Assembly (NCBI GenBank): GCA_965649825.1
Contig: OZ287714.1
Span: 243,527-307,526, forward strand
DNA length: 64,000 nt
Reading direction: 5' to 3'
Source of the DNA: Penicillus capitatus
Lineage: Eukaryota > Plantae > Chlorophyta
This document shows, one piece after another, positions 33,432 to 43,362 of this stretch. The notes beneath the pieces were generated by a model. The model ran no database searches. It was not told the origin of the DNA and worked only from the letters and a program-made list of their open reading frames with translations. Position 1 is the stretch's first letter; the number at the start of each line of letters is the position of its first letter. Both the position numbers and the translations under genes were made by a program.

Positions 33432-36131
33432 TTATGTCGCATCATCAGATTCGCCGGAATCGATCTCCGGCAATGATCCTTCTGAGTCTATCATTCTGTC
33501 ATCACACAATTCGTCTTCACCCGTTTTCTCAGGGGAATCTACGGTCTTCTCATTGGCACTCTCTGTTAATGGATTTCCGACCTTTTGCACACTGTCAACC
33601 TTGGGTAAGATGCTTGGCTGCCACAGAACAGATTCGCGAGACAGGAAAGCGCTAGTATCTGCGACTGGCGTCCTGTCTTGCGCGCCTGACTGGATGATAT
33701 CCCTATGCAGAGCTGGCTGTGTATCAGACATTTCCTGTCCATCTTCGTTCTCTTCTTCCTTATCGGCAACACTGGCTCCTTTAGATTCCAATTCAGGCGG
33801 TGGTGTTCTCTTTTCTATAAGTGGCGGAAAGTAGACAGTCTCGCAATTGTCAGACCAGCCTGTGGCCACAGAAATGCAATTAAAGGAGCTTAAAGAATCA
33901 CTAGAGGATATATTACTTGGCAGGCAAGTCAGCGTGGACTCGAAGGGATTTCGAAAGAGAAAAGGATCCAGTCGAGTAAGAGCTTGAGAACAAAATCTCC
34001 TTATTGAATCATCATGACTGCCACATCCAGCACGGTATGTCCAGTCGGCCTAGACAACAGTCATATGCTTCTCAACACTCGATCCATGTATGATACACAG
34101 GTGAGGCCTTACCACAGACAGCAACCGAGTGGCACCGTCTGTACCAACGATGCAGTTGAGCATAGCCTCATATGCAACAAGTGCGATTTGAACAGGAATG
34201 AAACCTGGTCTCGCGGCAGAGGCAGAGACAAAGACACATAGCTGAGCAAGCAATTCTTCACTGCGAACCATGGAGTCCTTCGGGAAGATGCGCACTCCTT
34301 CCTTCATGAGAACGGCCATCAATTGGAATGCGGCTATCCGGCAGTTCGATTCTGTCAAGCCACATGCATCTTCTGGAACTGTTTTCCCATGACCGGCCAT
34401 GAATGGCTCCACTTCAGCATCCAGATGTTCAGCGGAGAGTTTTCTTTTTTGTCTTCTTCCCTTCTTCTTCGCTTTCAGCGTTCCATCGCCCGTCAAATTT
34501 GTACGCTTAGAATTGTATTCTTCGAGAAAATCCACTAACTCCTTCTTGACAGCGTCCAAGATTGCCTGGTGGGTCTTTGCAATACCATATGTTCCTATAC
34601 ACAGCGTTCAGTCTAGTGCTACGCGATCGATAGTATGTGCACACCAGTGATGCTCAGATATACAGCTGTTGCATTGTAGAGCGCTTCTCTGATCGCTAAC
34701 GTGTTCTCTGCATCACTCAGGGATTGTACAATCAATCTGGTTAGTAGTCTCGTGTGCATCAAGATGGATGGAACACATTCTCTCATGAAGAGTGCCAGCA
34801 TATCCCAACACATGATCTGTAATCGAGGAAAGCATGCCAAGAATTCAAACGATTTCGGGGACCCCATTCTTCTCTTAATATCGCTGTAGCTCAGAAAAAG
34901 AACTCTACTCAAGATTTGCAGGACGAGATTCTGAGGAAGGGGAAAACAACCAGATCGACATGTCATGAGTCGCTCTAATAGATCGATTCCTCCTGCAAAA
35001 AGCTGAAACACATCAAAGATTCCTGAAAGTGTATGTGTATTCTATCACCTTAACAGTGGATATGACTGTCGCGTTTTGCGCCCCTGATGCCTCGAGTAAC
35101 GAGTAAGTATTAGTTTTTGTTATGAACTGGTCATCCCAGCGAAAACTCTCTTCCTCTAAAGGTCCGCAGAGAACATCAGTCAACTCTTTCAAGAAGAACA
35201 ACAGAGCATTCATCTGTGATGTCGCACGATCATTGAAGAATAGATGCTGGTAAAAACTATACGAGTTGACTCCATTCATGTGTGCGTTTGGTTCTGGCGA
35301 CGCTCAGTGCCAGAAATTCAGATGACACAAGGCGTGCACTATGTGCTGAGTCTGGTGATTTCATTTTGATCAACGCTTCAAATACAAGAGCGTCAATGCC
35401 TTTGGGGATGCTGCCCAGAGTGCGTAAAATAATGCAGGATACCCTCATCATCTCAGACCAATTACTTTCATCCGATGTGGCATCTGTAGAATCTCCAATG
35501 CATCGCTCTCCCTTAGCCACAGACGCGTGCTTACTCTCTTGTGCTATCATTTTCTGAATCTTGCGCAACACTTCGCTGCCAGCTGATGCAACCTTCTTTC
35601 TGGCTTCCTCCACCCCATTCAAACTCTGCAATCTATACCATCAATATAGTGTCGATTCTCACACCAAGAGAACGCCTCTCTTACCGTTGAAATATAGAAC
35701 ATATCACATTCCACAATGTGGCATGCACAGTGACAGACGCATCGTTCATGAAGAACAACAACTGCTTGATGCACATTTCCATATTCTTCAGCAAGCGCAT
35801 ATGACTACATCCTTCGATGAAGAAACGAAGAGACTGGACGTATGTCACTCTTTCCTCGTCATCCTCCTGAAAGACACTTGTGTTTCTCTGTCTACCGAAC
35901 AAGATCCTCGACCAATTGGCTCCATGTCTCGTTAAAGAGTTTGCTCTCGAAGGCGTCAATTGCCTCTATCACTATTCTCCTTTCGCTTTCTGACAGGCGA
36001 TTGTCTTTCTCTGCACTCAGTCCTTTCTCTACCACAACGGACGTAACCTTGCGTGTGTGCGGCGACGCAGTCGCGTTGATCGTTCCGATCACTGTCCGCA
36101 GCACCAGGGTATCGAATACGGCCTTCTCCAT
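33432..36131 (-). CDS. HEAT/ARM helical protein, probably RIX1/PELP1-like, many short introns
   Basis: Colinear helical ORF fragments (35892-36197, 35681-35959, 35257-35631, 35013-35279, 34619-35011, 34050-34559, 33432-33869) ending in an acidic tail DSEGSLPEIDSGESDDAT*, which resembles plant PELP1 C-termini. The family call is from memory only. Confidence 0.5.
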
Positions 36132-36235
36132 TTGAGATGCGACACGCTCTTTCCTTCCGCTACGTTGTAATTGATTGAGCCGGACTGTTAATCTCAAGTT
36201 GATCCTCGTTCGTGGATTGTCTTCTAAGACGTGTC

Positions 36236-36562
36236 ATGGAGAAAGCAAACTCGTCAGAATCCAATCGCGACTACTGTATCCAGAGAAGTATCTGGAAAGG
36301 TGATTTCAGTGAGACGCAGTTGTGATTCTGATTCTGTCGATTCTATCTCATAGGAATGAAATCTGGCGTCATGGCATTGGGGCTGTCAAGTGCACTTGTC
36401 CTGGCTGCAAATACTTACTTGCCGGCTTTTCGCAAGAGTCTGGGGGTCAGTGGAAAGACGGCTCTCATTGCCACTCCAACGATGTACATGTTCTTTCTCA
36501 GATCCGAACAAGAAATGGGTATATGCGTATTGGACATAGCTGAAAGGCAACGACGAGACTGA
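36236..36562 (+). CDS. Small membrane protein, ENOD93/HIG1-like (about 90 aa)
   Basis: Exon 36236-36299, 54-nt GT-AG intron 36300-36353 and exon 36354-36562 give MEKANSSESNRDYCIQRSIWKGMKSGVMALGLSSALVLAANTYLPAFRKSLGVSGKTALIATPTMYMFFLRSEQEM..., with two hydrophobic segments in the ENOD93-like arrangement. Confidence 0.55.
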
Positions 36563-36660
36563 ATCATTGTTACAATAAACAAGTCTGTGTGTCTATGGCA
36601 ATAATGGAAGAAAGATCCAAAAAGAATAAATGACCAGAGAGTCAACTCCTGACTATGAAC

Positions 36661-37560
36661 TCATGCCTCTTCTCGTTCGATCTCTTTTAAAGCATCGCGT
36701 GCGAAATTCCCTGTGATGAGCAATACGACAACTGTGACCACGAGACCCGCTCCAATCTCCCAGGGAGGCAATCCTGGTCCAGATCCGTCAATCACCTGCC
36801 GTCCGACGTTTCCTGCACTGATGTACGCCCATGTCCCAGGGAGCATGCCTATCCAACTGGCCACGACATAAGAACCCAGAGGAACAGAGGTTAATCCATA
36901 AAGATAGTTGCTGGCCGCGAAGGGAAGAAGAGGACTCAGCCGTAGCAGAAACACAAATCGAAATCCATCCTTCTCAATAGCACGATCGATGGCCAAGAAC
37001 TGCTTGTTTCCAGCCAAAAGCTCTGTGGCCTGGGTATCGGCCATGAAAGAAAGAACAGAGTATCAACCGGCAGTGGAAGGTACCTTTTGTCTGAAAAGAT
37101 AGCGAGAAAGAAGAAAGGCGATTGTTGCAGCCATCGTGGATGACAGCGATACAAGGCAGACTCCTGGAAGAACTCCGAAGAGATAACCAGCTGTCAGCGT
37201 CAAGGGAGTAGCAGGAACAGCTACAGTCTCTAATAAGATGTAGAGACCTGTAGACATATCGTTGGAAGTGGATATGCTTAGAGGAGTGATGACTACCAGC
37301 ATAGGAAACGTAGCCGAATGTGCCCATCATCTCAACCTTATCTGTAAACTCGATCAAGAACTGCTGAATCTCTTCTTTGAAGAGAAAACTCAATGCAAGC
37401 AAACAGCCAATCCCTGCCACTCCAGGGATCCACGTAGATGAGGACGATTCTGCTGCCAAAGCATCATTTCCGATATCCTCGCTGTCAGGCTCGAATCTTA
37501 AGCTCTCTATTCATTCCAACGACAAACTCACTCATCTGTCCCAGCTCTTCTGGCTGCCAT
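36661..37560 (-). CDS. VTT/TVP38-TMEM64 (SNARE-associated Golgi protein family) membrane protein
   Basis: GLYILLETVAVPATPLTLTAGYLFG...AATIAFLLSRYLFR and DRAIEKDGFRFVFLLRLSPLLPFAASNYLYGLTSVPLGSYVVASWIGMLPGTWAYISAG are the VTT signature. The start is approximate. Confidence 0.85.
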
Positions 37561-37885
37561 TCTCAGATCGGTCTCTGCTTGATGTCCATCTCTATTCTGC
37601 AGTTTTGTTTTAGAATCATAACAAAGGCACTTGAGGGGTATCCTTATTCTGCTCAATTTCTAGTCACAGCACAGGATGAGTCATACGAACAGCAAAGGTC
37701 GATCTGTACAGGTTGTACAGGCAACAGTGACCGTCGAGATCCGTAGAGAGCGCTGTCGGCCAGTCTCTTTGACGAAATGGCTTCCATTTCAAACGGCCAG
37801 CCAGGCTCTGTAAAGCACAATTGCTGCTCCAACGAATATTCTCGTCAGACAAATGTGTCCATCATACGCATCAAACTTGCCAGAC

Positions 37886-38236
37886 ATGACGGACCCAAAG
37901 ACGGCTTCAGAAGCCGTCGAGATTGCACAACAGGAAGTGGAGTACAGAGTAGAACTGTTCAACAAGTGTTTCTCGCTTTTAGATCTCACATATCGCAAGC
38001 ACAGTGGATCGCTCTTTAGGATGGTGTCTTCCTGTTATGAGAAGTGTGTGGACCAGAAGATGCGTGACGTCTCACTATCCGTCGGAGAGAACAGTTGCAT
38101 TGACAGATGTGCATCCAAGTATTGGCAAGTATGAGATGGACAGAAAGGGAAGAAATGCTATTCTCAAGGATGTCTTGTTGCACAGGTCGTTGCATTAGTC
38201 GGAGAATCGCTATTCAATCAAAAGCCTCCTGTTTAG
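37886..38236 (+). CDS. TIM10: Mitochondrial small Tim chaperone Tim10
   Basis: MTDPKTASEAVEIAQQEVEYRVELFNK|MVSSCYEKC...LSVGENSCIDRCASKYWQ|VVALVGESLFNQKPPV*, with the twin CX3C motif; introns 37966-38019 and ~38130-38185. Confidence 0.92.
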
Positions 38237-38240
38237 CGTA

Positions 38241-39279
38241 TCATTTCTCATGCGAGAATTCAGTGTTAAACACTCTCCAATGGTTTTCTTCTGCAAAAGG
38301 CTTTCCATTTGAGCCGCAGAATTCCCCCTGCGATACGTGTCGATTTTATGTTCCTCGATGAAACATTCGGAGATACTCGCGCCATGTGTTCGAGACAATT
38401 CCTTCTCGAGGGAGAATGAAGTGAGTGGACAGAGACTTTGCTCTCGATTCCGAAATTCGTCAAATGGATATCATCCGGAATGCAACAGAGAGCCCGATAT
38501 GACATAGAATGCAGGACAATGACATCGTCTCCACAGCGAACTGGAACACCTGGATAGCAAATGAAAAGTCCCATAGTCCACTGCTGTGCTCAGCGACAAG
38601 ATACGCGCCTTCGTTTTCTATCCATAGGTCTGGATCGGCAGGTCGTAGTTGCCAGATGGATTGTTTGTCTTGTTCTCGATCAAAGGAAGCGAGTGTTCCC
38701 GATTTGTGTTTTGAGAACCCACCATTGCTCTCGACAACATCATAAGACAGAAATTCGGGCTCTTCTGTTGCTCCAATGACGAGCTTCTGCCCATACCGAA
38801 CAGCGTTGTCTGCAAAAATGCTGTCGGCACTCGACAAGAACTCTTCAGGACATTTTTTCAATCTGTAAGTGTTTCTTCGAATGGCGGCAGGAACAGGAGT
38901 ACCCGAGGCCCTCTTTGGAGTACCTGCCTGTACAAGGCAACAAGATTGCACGTCTAAGATGAACAAACGATTAGCAGACACGCGTTGCGCAGCTTGCGAG
39001 TCGGTGGCCAGAGATGTGAACCAGTTGAACGACATCTCCGAAGGATATGTATTCTTCGCAAGTCCTCGTCAGTTGTAAAGGCCTCTGTTGGAATGAAATG
39101 TATTTTTGTCTCCTATAATATGCCATTGTCTGCATGGTGCATGCAAATCCACATTACAGATCCGCTGGAAGAACGCCTCTGCGTTTCTGTTCGCGCAGGT
39201 CCTTTGCAATGGCGTCAAGACGATCTTTCTCTTCTTTCCAGTTGTCGATCAGAACACCCGGTCCAAACTTAAAAGACAT
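38241..39279 (-). CDS. CFAP161: Cilia- and flagella-associated protein 161
   Basis: Starts MSFKFGPGVLIDNWKEE (the family begins YGPGVRIGNWNED). Contains RNTYRL...VRYGQKLVIG...WQLRPADPDLWIENEG..PVRCGDDVIVLH...LTNFGIESKVSVH. After a 49-nt intron it ends KPFAEENHWRVFNTEFSHEK* (stop 38241-38243). Confidence 0.8.
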
Positions 39280-39655
39280 GTGGACGTCGAAGGGATTGTC
39301 CTGTCAATCAATTCACTGTCAATTTCAAATGCCGGTTTCGATGCTATGATTGTGGCGTCTAGCATAATAAGAAAGGAGGAAAGGACAGCTTGAAAATGCC
39401 GTGTTAAGACCATTCATCGTGTAAAAAAGACTAAAAGTCGGAGTGTTTTCCGAGTGTTTTCGGACATCGACGTTCTCCACTTGTGCACCTATTTATCCTG
39501 GAACGACGCTCTCTTGACGACTGTTACATGTCGGCGTTTTTGCGTGTGCCATTCTTAGTCATCGTTATGTGTGTTTTAGATATCCAGTCATCGAAATTTG
39601 TTGAGCATGGAAGATCTTCTGTTGCAGTTGCAGGCGCAAAAAACGCGACTTGATT

Positions 39656-40695
39656 CTATCGGTAAGCATCGAGAAATGCGAAACGAGCGGCTGTGGTTTG
39701 TGCTCCGATACACTCTCTTATTGAATGCGCAGAGGAAAACACAGCGCGTCTCAAAGCAGAACAAAAGAAGCTTAGAAAGGTGAGGGAAGCCGTCTCACTT
39801 CCACATTCGAGGACGAGATCGTAGAACGTCGAGGAGTGGATGGACGCATTGAACCGAGAACGTCGTTCTAAGGATAAAGTCGACAACCTGTGCAGAATAT
39901 TAGAGGCTGATCGTGTAAGACATCAGATACATCTGGAACAAGCACAGGCGATATTCTCTTCCTTCGAGCACGCGATTCTGATATTCTTTGCTTAGAAACA
40001 AAAGATAGTATTGAAACAAAAGTTAGTAGATCTCGAGAACGCATTGTCAGCTTCTCATGCCAATAGACGGGCGGCGAAGGTGACATTTGTTGAGCAATGT
40101 CACGAACAAAGTGAAGCCTTGATGTCGCGATTCTTTCAAGAGTGAGCGTCGGGTTACGAAGATGTTGGATCTCACATCAGTGGTCAATCGCAATCGTTTT
40201 ATCTGAAGTACAATGTCATCCGTTGTCAAAGCATCTTGCTTGCTAGAGGTGCTTCATTGTGTCAGTGACCAGCACTCTTCGCTTCTTTTTAACCGATTTT
40301 TCGTTTGTCCTTACTTGAATGCGTTCGCACAGTGGAGGCTTGTTTATGCTACAGATTTTTGTTATTCCGACGTTGCTATTGATTTTTGCTTGCATTCAGG
40401 TGAAATATTCGACGGTCAACCCATCATCTGCTCTGAGTGCGGCGGTGCTGCGAAGGATTAACTTTCGGGGAGACTCGCAGCCGACTGATCAATACCGACA
40501 CCAGTTCTCATCAAACAGATCAGCTAATCGGTAGGAGATGATGGACGACCTCATAACGTTGATCTTATTGGATGTAGAGGAGCTTGTTTTCCGAGAGAAT
40601 GAATTGGCTGTCCAGATTTCTATATCGGTTATTTCGTCATTACGTGGCACCGAGAGTCTTTTTGAGTCCATTATATCGTTGATTGAATTAGGCAT
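39656..40695 (-). CDS. Hypothetical multi-exon protein
   Basis: A chain of short minus-strand ORFs (40489-40695, 40047-40229, 39656-39886) with intron-like GT...AG gaps fills the space between CFAP161 and the repeat protein. No family was recognised. Confidence 0.3.
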
Positions 40696-40762
40696 GAGTT
40701 AAACGAAACTCTCAAAACTGTCATTGGCGTCCTTGTATTGGATGAAGGCGAACGCCTCTGTC

Positions 40763-42363
40763 TCATGAACCAGTGGCATCCTTCTTATCTGTTCGGTCAT
40801 AAGAAAACCGAAGGCCCAAAAGAAAACGATCGACAGTCTTGTAGGTTCCTGTCAGGATCTTGTTTGTCGAGCTGTAGAGTGATGTGAGAGAATAGATGCA
40901 TCCGCCAAAAATGACCAGCATTAGAAATTGAGCAAGCCATAGGGGCAAAGGTCCTCTCTTCTTCAGATTCTTTGCCTCGATTCTCTTATTCGCCCTGTTG
41001 CTTCGCAATGCTTCTTTCCTCCTCTCGTCTGAAGGTGCAGGTTGGAGTTTGGTAAGTGAAGATGGTGGTGTAGATGACTGTTCTGCGCCACTCGAAAGCT
41101 TTGATGGTTGGGGGATAGGCAGAACTTTAGAGGACTCGCTGGAGTATTTCTTTTTCATTAGATCCAATACAGAATCGGATGGAGGAGATGAAGGCTCACG
41201 AGGTTGCACTTGCGGAAGTTGTGGTTCTTTCCCTTCGACGATTCTAGATGGAATCTCTTGAGATGATTCACTTTTCTTCATGGAGTTGGAAAAAGAGGTT
41301 GGATCTTTTGCCTTGAATGGGAATGTTTGTTGAGGAGCTGGAAATTGTTCTTGAGCTGGACTGCTGGTCTTGTTACTCTCCAAAAAACCTTGCTGTTGTG
41401 AACCATCGGGAGCCGAGAACTTCGGGAGATCGGGAGCCGAGAACTTCGGGAGATCGGGAGCCGAGAACTTCGGGAGATCGGGAGCCGAGAACTTCGGGAG
41501 ATCGGGAGCCGAGAACTTCGGGAGATCGGGAGCCGAGAACTTCGGGAGATCGGGAGCCGAGAACTTCGGGAGATCGGGAGCCGAGAACTTCGGGAGATCG
41601 GGAGCCGAGAACTTCGGGAGATCGGGAGCCGAGAACTTCGGGAGATCGGGAGCCGAGAACTTCGGGAGATCGGGAGCCGAGAACTTCGGGAGATCGGGAG
41701 CCGAGAACTTCGGGAGATCGGGAGCCGAGAACTTGGACATGTCCGGGACGGATGGCTTCGGGAGATCGGGAGCCGAGAACTTTGGGAAAGATGGAAAAGG
41801 AAAGCCGCTATCTTTGCTTGTTCGTGGCATGACTTTCTGCGATTCCGAGATTTCTTCGTCATACTTTTCTTGTCGCTTTTTTACATTTTCCGTCAACAAT
41901 TCCAATCTCGATTTCGTCGCTGGTTCCGAGTCCTCTTTGGATACAGCGTCATCTCTTTGTTTCTCCGTCTCTCCCTGAACAGAAAGCAGTTAGTATTTTT
42001 CAAACAATTGCGTGATACTTGACGCAGCACTCTTTCTCTGGCTGCCCTTAATAACTTCTTTCTTCGCTCTATCGTTGCCGATCTCAGTTCATCTGGAGTT
42101 TGAGTATCTTCCGCGTGCGCAAATGTCCATTCACCTAGCATGTCTGGTGAACTGACCACCAGACTTGCTGCCAAGACCGCTGCCGTCATTCTCGACACGC
42201 CATCCCACGAGACACATATACTGTTCGTTTCTCCTTCTTCACAGCGCGCTCTGCTTGTACAAACAAACTGACGGTCATGAGTCGCACGGTGTCTTCCGAT
42301 CGCACGCTTCGTTGCAAAATAGCGTTTCACGATCACGGTCGACGCCGATTCCATCGTGGGCAT
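40763..42363 (-). CDS. Putative thylakoid protein with an 8-aa KFSAPDLP tandem repeat and a C-terminal transmembrane helix
   Basis: Exon 1 (from 42363) encodes a transit-like N-terminus, a hydrophobic stretch AAVLAASLVVSSP and an AHA|E peptidase-type site. It splices (RVLRQ|GETEKQ) into ORF 40763-41905, which carries ~16 repeats, a Ser/Pro-rich tract and the TM segment PLPLWLAQFLMLVIFGGCIYSL. Confidence 0.7.
41405..41790. repeat. Coding 24-bp minisatellite ATCGGGAGCCGAGAACTTCGGGAG, 13 identical copies plus ~3 degenerate copies
   Basis: Units start at 41405+24n. They are identical through 41716, partial at 41717, divergent at 41741 and near-perfect at 41765. Confidence 0.97.
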
Positions 42364-43362
42364 TGAACGCGTCTGTCACTTCAGATCCGAGTTGGAATTA
42401 ACTCTATTGAAGGTGGTGCGTCTATTCCATCCGATCCTGTATTTATTTATCACATGCACAAACACAAACATCAAACCAAGAGATGGCTCAGAGAGACATG
42501 TGGATCCAAGCGACCGTTCCACAGAAGTGGCAGTTTATAACGCAAGAGAGTCTGTATCACGGCATCGCAACACGACACACTTATCTAGTAGGGACAATCA
42601 CTTAACTCTGCCCATTAGCACAAAAGAGATCACTGATTTTGAACGCAGTTTATAGCAGGAGTGTTTCAGTCGATTTTTAGGGTTAAACTCCAAGCTACGT
42701 CGTCTGAACTTCTTTAAAGAAAGGGATGCTCAACTGGATAATCGCTTGCACTATTCATGTTACCGTTAAAAATACAGAAGAGGCACGAGCTAAAGCCTGA
42801 TTGAAGGCTCTCATGATCCATCGAATAAGGAGTGTGTGGGTTTGTAGGAGCCTTTGTTGGGTGGAACGTCAGCCTTGATCAAGGATCTGGAAACGGCCGG
42901 TCCAAAATTCGATCTGTACGTGACAAGTCTCGTCATAAGAATAGGACAATCGAAGCAATCTCAACGAACACGAAGTCTGTCTTTTGATCTGGAGTGAAGT
43001 CACTAGCAGCAGATTCTAACAACCTCAGAGATCAATGCAAGCTCAACATCTGCTTCGTGTAATGCATCTAATAAGCAGCTGCAGCTAGTTGAAGTCAAGG
43101 TGCAGAGTGCAAGCAGCAAACCTGAGTCTTCTACAGAAGGTTGACACGATTCTCTAGACTGCACAAAGTGGCCAATTACCACAGACGATCGGCTATCGTT
43201 ATCGCGATAAGATCTCGACATTTCCAGGCCACACGCTGCAGTGGCTCTGAAGACTATAAGGACATGACATGTACAGTATTCTCTCAAAAAACCTTTAAAT
43301 TGGTTCTCCCTGCTGAATTTGTCCGATTGGTAAAAGTGCCAAAAATGAAGAACTGGGGAGAT

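Noticed and set aside
41278-41978. Alternative-frame repeat ORFs (SSRLPISR, DREPRTSG, AENFGRSG)
   Set aside because: The 24-mer has no stop in any frame. Only the KFSAPDLP frame connects to a targeting exon upstream and a TM-containing C-terminus.
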